DNA from: Deltaproteobacteria bacterium
Lineage (GTDB): Bacteria > Desulfobacterota > Desulfarculia > Adiutricales > Adiutricaceae
Assembly: GCA_031269485.1 (NCBI GenBank)
Contig: JAISZC010000135.1
Location: 1-62,212, forward strand
Direction of reading: 5' to 3'
DNA length: 62,212 bases
Shown here: positions 15,853 through 24,768 of the stretch, piece by piece
How the letters are laid out: each line of letters begins with the position of its first letter
How positions within the stretch are numbered: the first letter of the stretch is position 1
Made by a program: the position numbers and the translations under genes
The notes under the pieces: generated by a model
Told to the model about the DNA's origin: nothing
The model's input: only the letters and a program-made list of their open reading frames with translations
Database searches by the model: none

Positions 15853-17673
15853 ATGACCGACCAGCCCGCCTCTTCGCCAACCGCCCCGCCAACCGGCCAA
15901 CTCGGCGTCCCGCCGGCCGACGCTCCACCCCATTGGGATTTGGACCAGCTCTACGTCTTGGGCTCGGACCAGCTGCAGCAGGATTTGGCCCGGCTCGAGG
16001 AGCTGCGGGCGGCCTTCATGCGGCACGGCGCCCGTTTGGCCCAAGACGCGCCGCCGAGCGCGGCGGAGTTCGCCGGCATGGTCGGCGAGCTCGACCAAAT
16101 CACCCGCCTGGTCAACCGGCTGTCCGGCTTCGCCTCCTTGGCCTTCGCCCAGGACGCGACCGACCAGAAGGCCTTGAGCTTCATGTCCAAGCTCGACGAG
16201 ACGCTGACGGTGGCGGGCAACGATCTGCTTTTTTTCGAGCTGTGGTGGAAAAACCTTCCCGACGGCGAGGCGGACGTCTTGGCCGCCGGTCTGCCCGACT
16301 ACGGCCACTGGCTGTCCCGAACCAGGGCCTTCAAGCCCCACACGCTCTCGGAGGCCGAGGAAAAGATCATCAACCTCAAAAACGTCACCGGCTCGGAGGC
16401 CATGGTCAACCTTTATGACGCCGTGACCACCCGCTATCGCTTCGACGGCTCGTTTCTGCCCGACGGCCAGGGCCGCCCGCTGACGCGCGAGGAGCTCGGC
16501 GTGCACGTCCGCAGCGCCGCGCCGGAGATCCGGCAAGGGGCCTACCGCGAGCTGCACCGCGTCTACGGCGAGCAAGGCCCCGTTCTGGCCCAGCTTTACC
16601 AAACCGTGGTCCGAGACTGGCGCCTCGAGCAGGTCCGTCTGCGGCGCCACCCCTCGCCGCAGGCCGCCCGCCACAAGGCCAACGATTTGTCGCAGGAGAC
16701 GGTCGACAGCCTGCTGCGGGTTTGCCGCCAACGGGCGCCGGAAATCTTCGGGCGCTATTTTCGCCAAAAGGCTCGACGCCTGGGACTGCCGCTCCTCAGA
16801 CGCTACGACCTTTACGCCCCTTTGGCCCCCGCCGGCGGCCGCCTGGACTTCGCCCAAGGGCTAAGGGAGGTCGCGGAGGCTTTTCGGGCCTTCGGGGACG
16901 ATTATGCCGCCTTGGCCTTGGAGGTGGCCGAAAAAGGCCGCTTGAGCGCCCGGCCCGCTCCGGGCAAGCAAAGCGGGGCCTTTTGCGCCTCCATCGAGCC
17001 GGGCGCCGCGCCCTGGGTGCTGATGAGCTTCAACGGCCAACGCCAAGACCTTTTCACGTTGGCCCACGAGCTGGGCCACGCCGTCCATTCCCAGCTGGCC
17101 GGCGTGAACAACGTTTTTCATTTCCACAGCTCGCTGCCTTTGGCCGAGACGGCCTCGACCTTCGGCGAGATGCTCTTGGCCCAGCGCCTCGCCCAGCAGG
17201 CCCAAACCGAAGAGGAGCGCGACGCTCTGCGTTTCCATCTGCTCGACGACGCCTACGCCACCGTCGGCCGGCAGGCTTTTTTCGCCCTCTTCGAGATCGA
17301 GGCCCACGATCTCGTCGAGGCCGGGGCCACCGCCGACGAGCTGGCCGAGGCCTATTGGCGCAACATCTCCGAGCAGTTCGGCGATTCGTTGGAGCTCAGC
17401 GAGGAGTTCCGCTGGGAATGGGTCAGCATTCCCCATTTTTTCCACACGCCTTTCTACGTTTACGCCTACAGCTTCGGACAGCTGCTGGTTTACAGCCTCT
17501 GGCGGGTCCGCCAGCGGCAAGGCCCGGAGTTCGTGCCACGTTTCAAGGCCCTGCTGGCACGCGGCGGCTCGGCTTCGCCGGAGGCCATTTTGGCCGAAGC
17601 CGGACTGGGGCCGCTGGACGACGATTTTTGGGCCAGCGGCTTTGAGGTCATCGAGAGCTTTTTGCCTGATTGA
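15853..17673 (+). CDS. pepF: M3-family oligoendopeptidase (PepF-like)
   Basis: 606 aa. Zinc motif HELGHAVH followed by ETASTFGE. The length and architecture fit M3B. Confidence 0.85.
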   Translation: MTDQPASSPTAPPTGQLGVPPADAPPHWDLDQLYVLGSDQLQQDLARLEELRAAFMRHGARLAQDAPPSAAEFAGMVGELDQITRLVNRLSGFASLAFAQDATDQKALSFMSKLDETLTVAGNDLLFFELWWKNLPDGEADVLAAGLPDYGHWLSRTRAFKPHTLSEAEEKIINLKNVTGSEAMVNLYDAVTTRYRFDGSFLPDGQGRPLTREELGVHVRSAAPEIRQGAYRELHRVYGEQGPVLAQLYQTVVRDWRLEQVRLRRHPSPQAARHKANDLSQETVDSLLRVCRQRAPEIFGRYFRQKARRLGLPLLRRYDLYAPLAPAGGRLDFAQGLREVAEAFRAFGDDYAALALEVAEKGRLSARPAPGKQSGAFCASIEPGAAPWVLMSFNGQRQDLFTLAHELGHAVHSQLAGVNNVFHFHSSLPLAETASTFGEMLLAQRLAQQAQTEEERDALRFHLLDDAYATVGRQAFFALFEIEAHDLVEAGATADELAEAYWRNISEQFGDSLELSEEFRWEWVSIPHFFHTPFYVYAYSFGQLLVYSLWRVRQRQGPEFVPRFKALLARGGSASPEAILAEAGLGPLDDDFWASGFEVIESFLPD

Positions 17674-17811
17674 CGCCGCCGAACGCGCCGGAGAAACGCT
17701 TGAAAGCCGGCGGGCAACGTCCGAAAAAACGCCGGACGCTCCGCGACGCGCGCGCCGTCGGGCTCGAAAGCCCGTCCGCCGGCCCGAGCCGACTTGGCCT
17801 CAGGGCGGCGC

Positions 17812-17840
17812 TGGACATCGTCGGACGGCTCGGCTAATAT
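17812..17840 (+). promoter_or_regulatory. Candidate sigma70 promoter (TGGACA-N17-TAATAT)
   Basis: -35 at 17812-17817 and -10 at 17835-17840. It lies about 100 nt upstream of the histidine kinase ATG. Confidence 0.45.
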
Positions 17841-17946
17841 GTACCATTGTAGCCAGTCGGCCGCGGCGTCAGCTCCTCGTTTCGTTTCCCGCGGCTCTCC
17901 GTCGGGACGGCCCCAACGTCGGCTCCAAGTTTGTAGGAAAACCCCC

Positions 17947-20856
17947 ATGGCCGACGAACTGCCCGCCAATGAAGTCGCCAAGCTCACCGTCGACAGCCTG
18001 GCCACCAACTTGTTCCTGAGCGGCATCGGCGTCTGGCGGCTTTCGCTGCGCCAGGACGACCCGCGGCGGGGCTTTTTGACGCTCCACGAAAGCTTCTGCT
18101 CGCTGTTCGGGGAAGGCGGCGGGGGCAGTTGCATGCTTTTGACGACCTTCGTCGAGGACTTCGTCCATCCTGACGAGGCCGCGCGCTTCCTGTCCGCCTT
18201 GGAGGTTTTGCTGCAAGGCCAAGACGAGCGCTTCGAGCTGGAGCTGCGCATTTGGAGCGTGGCCCGCCGCGATTGGCGTTGGGTCAACCTCCATTGCAGC
18301 CTCTTGACTCCTCTGTCGCCCGACGGCGCCTTGGAGGCGGTCGCCACGGTCCTGGACATTCACAACAACCGCCAAGCCCTCCAAGCCCTTTCGGCGGCCC
18401 TCAAAGCCAAAGAAGAAGCCTCCAAGGCCCTCGACGAGGGTCAAAAGCGCCTACGCGCCGTGGTGGACGCCGTCCACGTGGGCATCTTCGACTTTGACGT
18501 GACCGCCAAGAAGCTGTCCTACAGCCCGCAGTGCGGCGAGATTTTGGGCCTGGAAGTCTGCGAGCTGGGCACGACCTTGAAGGATCGCCGTCGCTTCGTC
18601 TTGTCGCCCGATTACGAGCTGGCGCTTGACGCCATTGAAGATCATTTGCAGGGTCTGACGCCTGAATTCGAAGTCATTTCCAAAATGCGCCGCCGGGACG
18701 GCGAGACGATCTACGTGTTGGACCGAGGCCGAGTGGTGGAAACCGACTTTTTTTCCGGCCGGCCCACGCGCCTTTTGGGGGTCATGCTCGACGTCACCAA
18801 GCAAATGGAGACGGAAATCAACTTGGCCGAGTCCAAGGAGCGGATGGAGCTTTTTTTCAAGGCCGCCAATTTCGGCGTCTGGGATTACGACGTCGCGGCC
18901 GGGCGCTTCGCCTTCAACGAAGAGTTTTTGGGCCTGCTCGGTCGCCGGGCCGACGAGCTCGATGGCGCCTACGAAGAATGGCTGGCCTTGATTCACCCCG
19001 AGGATCGGGCCTCGGCCGAGGCGGCTTTTCAGGCCGCCGTCTCGGGCCAGGCCGACTCCCTGGCCACCGAGATCCGTTTCAGACGCCGGGACGGCTCGCA
19101 CGTGTGGACCTACAACGTCGGCCGGGTCATTGCCCGCGACGAGGCGGGCTGGCCCTCGCGTCTGGTCGGCGGCGTCTTGGATTTCACCGCGCGCAAGGAG
19201 ATGGAGCTGGAGATCTTCGCGATGGCCGAGCAGGAACGGGAAGCTCGGCTGGGCCGGGAGCTGGCCGAGGAGAGCGCCCGGGCCAAGAGCGAATTTTTGG
19301 CCAACATGAGCCACGAAATTCGCACTCCCATGAACGCCATCCTGGGCCTGACCCATCTGACCCTCCAAACCAATCTCAACGAACAACAGCTAGAGTACCT
19401 CCAAAACATAGGCGCGGCCGGCACGTCCCTCTTGCGTATCATCAACGATATTTTGGATTTTTCTAAAATTGAGGCCGGTAAGCTGGAAATTGAAGCTGCT
19501 TACTTCAATCTTGACGCCTTATTAGACTCAATTATTAAGCTTTTGAGTCCGCAAGCTGAAAAAAAAGGTTTATCGTTGACTTTAAACTGCCCATCAGACC
19601 TTCCCAAAGATTTTATTGGTGATCAGGTCCGTTTGGGTCAGATTTTAAATAACCTTTTGAGCAACGCCATAAAATTTACTGAAAAAGGTTCGGTGGCGGT
19701 CACGGTGGCCATGGAGGCCCAGGGCCCCGTGGAGGCGCGGTTGCGCTTCTCCGTCAGCGACACCGGCATCGGCCTGAGCCCCGAGCAACTCAAGCTGCTT
19801 TTCAGCGCCTTCACCCAAGCCGACGCCTCCATCACCCGCCGCTACGGCGGGACCGGCCTGGGTCTGACCATTTCCAAACGCTTAAGCGAGATGATGGGCG
19901 GACGCATCTGGTGCGAAAGCGAGCTGGGGCGCGGCAGCGTTTTTTGCTTCACCGCCCGGCTCAAGCTCGGCGACTCGCCGGCCGAGGACGTCGACCGCTC
20001 CGAGATGTCCTTTGAGGGCTTTTCGGCCCTGGTGGTCGACGACGATGCGACGGCCCTGGAAATCATCTCGGCGGCCCTGCGGCATGAGGCCATGGACGTC
20101 GTCGCCGTGTCCGCCGGCCTGGAGGCTCTGGAGTGGCTGAAAATCGCCGCCAAGCCGCCCGAGCTGATCATGATGGACTGGAAGATGCCGGATTTGGACG
20201 GCTTGGCCGTCATCGAGCTTTTCAAGCAAGAGGGCGTGCTCAAGGAAAGCTCCGTCGTGATCATGGTCACGGCCTACGATCGCGACGAGGTCCTGAGCCG
20301 GGCCAGGGAGCTGGGCGTCCGCAAGGTCTTGACCAAGCCCATCTCGGAATCCTTTCTGCACGAAACCCTCGTCGAGCTCTTCAGCCAGCCCAAGGCCGCC
20401 GCCAAGGCCCCCAAAAGAAAACGCCTCGTGGAGGCCGATCGGGAGATGGTCAAGTCCATCCAGGGGGCCAAAATCTTGCTGGTCGAAGACAACGAAATAA
20501 ACCAGCTGGTGGCCGGCCGCATCATGACCAACGCGGGCCTGTCCGTTGACGTCGCCCCGGACGGCAGCCGGGCCGTGGAAATGGTCCAGGCCGGCGACTA
20601 CGATTTGGTGCTGATGGACATCCAGATGCCGGTCATGGACGGCCTGACGGCCGCGAGGACCATCCGCGGCTTGGGCTACGGCTCGCTGCCGATCGTGGCC
20701 ATGACCGCGCACGCCATGTCTAGCGACCGCCAGCTGAGCATCGAAGCCGGCATGAACGATCACGTCACCAAGCCCATCAATGTCGCCGAGCTTTTTCAGT
20801 CCTTGGTGCGGTGGATTCCAGCCAAATTCGACGACCCGGCGTCTCCGGTCCTCTGA
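17947..20856 (+). CDS. PAS-domain hybrid sensor histidine kinase with two receiver domains
   Basis: 969 aa from ATG 17947. Repeated PAS-like segments. H-box SHEIRTPMNAILG. N, G1 and G2 boxes NLLSNAIKFT, DTGIGL and GGTGLGL. Two REC domains (VVDDD...MDWKMPDLDG and LVEDNEINQ...MDIQMPVMDG). Confidence 0.9.
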   Translation: MADELPANEVAKLTVDSLATNLFLSGIGVWRLSLRQDDPRRGFLTLHESFCSLFGEGGGGSCMLLTTFVEDFVHPDEAARFLSALEVLLQGQDERFELELRIWSVARRDWRWVNLHCSLLTPLSPDGALEAVATVLDIHNNRQALQALSAALKAKEEASKALDEGQKRLRAVVDAVHVGIFDFDVTAKKLSYSPQCGEILGLEVCELGTTLKDRRRFVLSPDYELALDAIEDHLQGLTPEFEVISKMRRRDGETIYVLDRGRVVETDFFSGRPTRLLGVMLDVTKQMETEINLAESKERMELFFKAANFGVWDYDVAAGRFAFNEEFLGLLGRRADELDGAYEEWLALIHPEDRASAEAAFQAAVSGQADSLATEIRFRRRDGSHVWTYNVGRVIARDEAGWPSRLVGGVLDFTARKEMELEIFAMAEQEREARLGRELAEESARAKSEFLANMSHEIRTPMNAILGLTHLTLQTNLNEQQLEYLQNIGAAGTSLLRIINDILDFSKIEAGKLEIEAAYFNLDALLDSIIKLLSPQAEKKGLSLTLNCPSDLPKDFIGDQVRLGQILNNLLSNAIKFTEKGSVAVTVAMEAQGPVEARLRFSVSDTGIGLSPEQLKLLFSAFTQADASITRRYGGTGLGLTISKRLSEMMGGRIWCESELGRGSVFCFTARLKLGDSPAEDVDRSEMSFEGFSALVVDDDATALEIISAALRHEAMDVVAVSAGLEALEWLKIAAKPPELIMMDWKMPDLDGLAVIELFKQEGVLKESSVVIMVTAYDRDEVLSRARELGVRKVLTKPISESFLHETLVELFSQPKAAAKAPKRKRLVEADREMVKSIQGAKILLVEDNEINQLVAGRIMTNAGLSVDVAPDGSRAVEMVQAGDYDLVLMDIQMPVMDGLTAARTIRGLGYGSLPIVAMTAHAMSSDRQLSIEAGMNDHVTKPINVAELFQSLVRWIPAKFDDPASPVL

Positions 20857-20868
20857 CGACCGCTTCGG

Positions 20869-20901
20869 CCCGTCGGCGGCCCCGCTGCCGGCGGGTTTTT
20901 T
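20869..20901 (+). terminator. Intrinsic terminator after the histidine kinase
   Basis: Stem CCCGTCGGCGG/CTGCCGGCGGG (9 of 11 pairs), a 5-nt loop, then T6. Confidence 0.6.
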
Positions 20902-21072
20902 GGTCGCCGGCCGACTGCGCGTCTGCTCCGAGCGGTCAGCAAATTAATTTTTATATTTTGTCATTTTAGCGGGTCGCTCTAAAAATCAACTCTTTAATTG
21001 TGACTCTCTTAAGTTTTGATAGGTGCAAAAAGGTTTTAATAATAGGTATATATAAAATATGCCTAACAATTT

Positions 21073-21097
21073 TGATATAATCCATTTTTGATATAAT
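21073..21097 (+). promoter_or_regulatory. Two tandem extended -10 elements (TGATATAAT x2) inside the direct repeat TTTTGATATAATCC
   Basis: TG at 21073-74 with TATAAT at 21076-81, and TG at 21089-90 with TATAAT at 21092-97. No credible CDS lies downstream before 21463. Confidence 0.4.
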
Positions 21098-21462
21098 CCT
21101 TGGTCTTCAACCTAATTCTCGCCCTCCGTAGCCAGACCTCCCTTCAACCTCCTCCAGACCATGCGCCGGCCGGCCGACCGCTCCACGCGGCCGGCGGGCC
21201 GGCGGACTTGGCGGCGTTTGGCGGCGGGAAGCTGCGACTTTTCGGGAGTTCGGACTTGTTGTGGAGACGCCGCATTCTCGAGAGCGGACCGCTCCGACGT
21301 TTTGGAGCGGCCCTCGGCCAGGGACGGCGCGCGGGCAATAAGGCCGGACTTTCGGGGCGGCAGGGCGCAGTTTCGGCGGGCGTCAATTTGAGCGCGGCAG
21401 GTTCTCGTCAAGAGCTCAAAAGACGGCCGCCGACGGCCAGAGCGCGCCGCCGCCCAGGCCGG

Positions 21463-22245
21463 TCAGCCTTGCCTTTCTTTCGAGGGCAAGCCGGGGCCGC
21501 CCGCCGGCGCCGCGCCGGAGGCCGACGGCTCGTCGAACTCCAGCTGGCGGTACATTTGAGCCAAAACCTGTTGGGCCTCTTGGGCGATGCGGTCGAGCGA
21601 GTCGGTCTTCGCCACGTGCACGGGGCGGCCCACGGCCGTTTTGAGGCGGCCTGGGCGGGGCAGAAACGAGCCGCCGGGCCACAGCCGGCCGCTGTTGAAG
21701 ATGGCCAGGGGCACCAAAGGCGCGCCGGTGTGCTTGGCCAAGATGAAGGCCCCTTTCTTGAAGGGCAGCAACGCCTCGTCAGTGCGGTTGCGGGTTCCTT
21801 CCGGAAAAATGGCCATGATCTCGCCCCGGGCCAGGCGTTCCGAGGCCTCGGCGAGCATTTTGCGGGCCGATTCCGAGCCGCCGCCGCGGTCCACCAGCAT
21901 GTGGACCCTCATCAGCACCCAGCCGAAGACGGGTATGCGGCCCAGGGCGGCCTTGGCGATCCAGGAGATTTGCCGGCCGGTGGCTTCGGCCACGGCGGGG
22001 ATGTCCAGCAGGGAGCGATGGTTGGCGTAGATGATGAAGCCGCCCGAGGCCGGGAGATGCTCTCGGCCTCGAACGTCGACTTTGATGCGGGCCGGACTGA
22101 GCACGATGCGGGCCCACACTTGGCTGGTTATGTAGCGGCAGGCGCGTCGAGAAAAGCAGCTGACCAATAGGCAGAGCAGGCCGCTGACGATGGTCAGCGA
22201 GACGAAGATCGGCAGATACCAAAAACCGAAGAAGACTCTTTTCAT
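21463..22245 (-). CDS. plsC: 1-acyl-sn-glycerol-3-phosphate acyltransferase
   Basis: 260 aa from ATG 22245. N-terminal TM helix. Acyltransferase motifs NHRSLLD (HX4D) and FPEGTRNR. Confidence 0.88.
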   Translation of the reverse strand: MKRVFFGFWYLPIFVSLTIVSGLLCLLVSCFSRRACRYITSQVWARIVLSPARIKVDVRGREHLPASGGFIIYANHRSLLDIPAVAEATGRQISWIAKAALGRIPVFGWVLMRVHMLVDRGGGSESARKMLAEASERLARGEIMAIFPEGTRNRTDEALLPFKKGAFILAKHTGAPLVPLAIFNSGRLWPGGSFLPRPGRLKTAVGRPVHVAKTDSLDRIAQEAQQVLAQMYRQLEFDEPSASGAAPAGGPGLPSKERQG

Positions 22246-22449
22246 GCGGTGGCGGCGCGGCTTGGCTGGATCTTGAGCGGCGGCGGCCGCGCGCTCAAGG
22301 GTTTGACCGACAGGCAAATCAATCCGCTGACGAGGGTCAGCGCGACAAAGATCGGCAGAGGCCAGAAGCTGAAAAGGCTCTTTTCATGCGGCGGCGGCGC
22401 GGTTTGGCTGGCCCTTGAGCGGCCGCCGCGCGCTCAAGGGTTTGACCGA
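22181..22449. repeat. Imperfect tandem duplication (about 130 bp, period about 143 bp) of the plsC 5' end plus its upstream palindrome
   Basis: 22181-22310 and 22324-22449 align base for base with scattered substitutions. Copy B keeps an ATG (22387) but is frameshifted and stops after 16 codons. Each copy carries the hairpin CTTGAGCG-loop-CGCTCAAG. Confidence 0.9.
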
Positions 22450-22456
22450 AAAAAGG

Positions 22457-23527
22457 CTACATCCCGGCCAGCTTGAAGGCGTTTTTGATGCTCTGATCAA
22501 AAAAGCCGTCGGGCGCGGCCTCCAAGCCGCCGTCCGCCCGCACCTCGACGGGCGTCAGCGTCGTGAGGGGGGATTCTTCGGATTGGCTGAAAAAGTAGGC
22601 CAGCACCTTGTCGGAGGAGAGGAGGTGCGAGGCCACGGCCATGCGGACGCCATCGAAGAAATGGTCGGAATAGGTTTCGACCACGCATTGAATCCCGGCG
22701 AGGACCGCCCTGGCCACCAGCAGGCCCAATTGCGTCTGGGCCTTGGGGTGCAGGCGGGAGTCCGGGTTTTCCAACAGCAGCACCGGCGAGACTTTTTCCG
22801 CCTCTGCCGCGCCGCCTAACAGCAGCAGCGCGGTGACGACGGGCAAGGCTTGGCTGAAGCCCGCGCCGCCGAGGTTGGCCGTGCCGTCGGCCAAGCTGAC
22901 TTGTTCTTTGTCGTTCTTTTTCAACGATTGGAGATCGATATAAAAAGTCGGAGATAGTGTTTGTAGCCAATAATTTAAGTTTGTTTCAAATGAAGTGGCA
23001 TTTGGGTGGTCTGGGTGTCTCATTACGTCGGGAATTGGATCTATATCCTTGCATCTATGTAAAACATTTAAGGTATATTCTCCTTCGTAACCAAAAGCCC
23101 AATATGTTGGCAAATCATCGTCCGAAAAAATAGCTGGACCGGTGTCTGATTGATATCTAGCCACTGAAATAAGACAAGTCGCAGGTTGATAGATAGGAGA
23201 ATCGTCCGGGGTAGAGGCAATTATTTTTTTTAACTTACCGGATTCTTCAATGGTTTGAAGAAAGTAATCCTTAAAAAATTCGCGTCTATTAATTTCACCC
23301 TGCAATTTCATGGAAATAGTATCGGAGTGAAGGATGTTTACCAAATGTTCTGGTAAAAAATAGGCGTTAGAAAGACTTTGGATATTTCTATCACACAAAA
23401 AATTAATAGCCTTTAATAATAAAGTTTTATTTGTATTATTTTGGCCAGTTATAATAGTTAGAGGAGGTAATTTAATTTCGACTTCGGGTAAATGTCCTAA
23501 TTTTTTGACATATATAGAATTGATCAT
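22457..23527 (-). CDS. ABC/AAA-type ATPase with a DUF3696-like C-terminus
   Basis: 356 aa if started at MINSIYVKKLG (ATG 23527); the track start at 23572 is an alternative. Degenerate Walker A ITGQNNTNKTLLL. Walker B/D-loop LLLENPDSRLHP, then VETYSDHFFDG and a terminal GFFDQ, as I recall for DUF3696 ATPases. The stop codon is TAG. Confidence 0.65.
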   Translation of the reverse strand: MINSIYVKKLGHLPEVEIKLPPLTIITGQNNTNKTLLLKAINFLCDRNIQSLSNAYFLPEHLVNILHSDTISMKLQGEINRREFFKDYFLQTIEESGKLKKIIASTPDDSPIYQPATCLISVARYQSDTGPAIFSDDDLPTYWAFGYEGEYTLNVLHRCKDIDPIPDVMRHPDHPNATSFETNLNYWLQTLSPTFYIDLQSLKKNDKEQVSLADGTANLGGAGFSQALPVVTALLLLGGAAEAEKVSPVLLLENPDSRLHPKAQTQLGLLVARAVLAGIQCVVETYSDHFFDGVRMAVASHLLSSDKVLAYFFSQSEESPLTTLTPVEVRADGGLEAAPDGFFDQSIKNAFKLAGM

Positions 23528-23535
23528 AATTTGTC

Positions 23536-24144
23536 TCAGTTCTGGCGTTCTTGTCGCCATTTTTTTAGCCAACCCTGCAGTCTGGGCACTTCTTTGGTAG
23601 TCCAGTCCGCAGAAAGGCGTAGTTTGAGAAATTGGGCGAACAGGGCCTCGACGGCGTTGAGCAACTCCAGCGTGACCGCCGCGCGATCGAGCAACTGGCC
23701 AGCCGGCCCGGACTCGTCGTCTTCAGCGAAATTAGCCCCCGAAACGAGCTTGATCGACGTCGGGGTCAGGGTGTCGGCCGGCAGGTTCAGCAACCATTCC
23801 CGGTTGTCGTTTTTGATCCTCAGCCGGCCGCTGGACATCTTTTTGCGTTCCATGACGGCGGCGAAGGCTTCGGCCCAAGGCCGGCCGCCGCCTTGGTCTT
23901 CGACGTCCTCGGGACATTGGCAGGCCACGCTGCGCTTGGAGGCGCCGAAGCCGCTTTCCAGCCGGAGGCTTTTTTCGAACCAGGCCTCGACGATCAGGCC
24001 GCCGGGGAGCTCAAAACGGCTGTCGACCTCGGAAGACAGCCACAGCCAAGTCAAAAACTCCTGGCCCAGAAACAGCTTTTCCTGCCACAGCTCGAAGAAG
24101 TCGACGTCCGGCTCGCGGGCCGGCTTGGCGGGGGAGGGCGACAA
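23536..24144 (-). CDS. Hypothetical protein, possibly distantly RdgC-related
   Basis: 202 aa. The motif FLGQEFLTWLWLSSE is conserved-looking. It is tightly packed between its neighbours (12-nt gap upstream, 8 nt downstream). I cannot assign a family with confidence. Confidence 0.5.
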   Translation of the reverse strand: MSPSPAKPAREPDVDFFELWQEKLFLGQEFLTWLWLSSEVDSRFELPGGLIVEAWFEKSLRLESGFGASKRSVACQCPEDVEDQGGGRPWAEAFAAVMERKKMSSGRLRIKNDNREWLLNLPADTLTPTSIKLVSGANFAEDDESGPAGQLLDRAAVTLELLNAVEALFAQFLKLRLSADWTTKEVPRLQGWLKKWRQERQN

Positions 24145-24156
24145 GGGCGGCTCTCC

Positions 24157-24768
24157 TTAAAGGTCCCAAAAGTCGGTGGGCTTGACGGCCAGGAAGGCCT
24201 CGCGGCCTTTTTCGGCCGTCAGCTCCAGGGCCAGCGAGGCCGGGACCAGCAGACGCAAGGCCAAGCCGAAGGTGCGGCCCCACAAATCCTCGAACAGAGC
24301 GCGGTTTTTTTCGCCGGAGGCGCACAGCCACACTTCGCCGGACTCCTCCAGCCAGAGCACCTCCATCAGCGCGGTGTTCAAAAGAGAGCGTCCGAGCAGC
24401 TCCGAGCGCAGAGACTCCTTGAGCTCCCTTTTGGCGACGCCGTTGAGCTTGCGCCCGGCCTGCTCCTCGTGACGGGTCAAGGCGATGGCGAAATAGCGGT
24501 TGAGCGTCTTGCCCGGCAAGCGTCGTTCGTCGAAGCGCAGCTGAAAGGCCAAAAAGCCGCCGAAACGAAAATTCTCCGTTCGGAAGGAGCAGCCAAGGTG
24601 GTTGAATATTTGCGCCCAGCCCAGACTGGATTCATCCATGGTCTCTTCGATGTCGACGAAGGCGTTGCGGGCCAGTCTTTCGGCGACGTATTCGTCGGTC
24701 AGTCCGGCTTGCGGCTGCTCCAGCACCCGATAGCGGGACAGCGTCAAGCCGCCTTTGATGAGGCCCAT
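24157..24768 (-). CDS. rdgC: RdgC-like recombination-associated protein (short form)
   Basis: 203 aa. MGLIKGGLTLSRYRV...AFVDIEET.DESSLGWAQI...FQLRFDERRLPGKTL resembles the N-terminal half of RdgC (F..i.....e.s.GWv ... r.eek.lP). The call rests on memory of the family. Confidence 0.5.
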   Translation of the reverse strand: MGLIKGGLTLSRYRVLEQPQAGLTDEYVAERLARNAFVDIEETMDESSLGWAQIFNHLGCSFRTENFRFGGFLAFQLRFDERRLPGKTLNRYFAIALTRHEEQAGRKLNGVAKRELKESLRSELLGRSLLNTALMEVLWLEESGEVWLCASGEKNRALFEDLWGRTFGLALRLLVPASLALELTAEKGREAFLAVKPTDFWDL

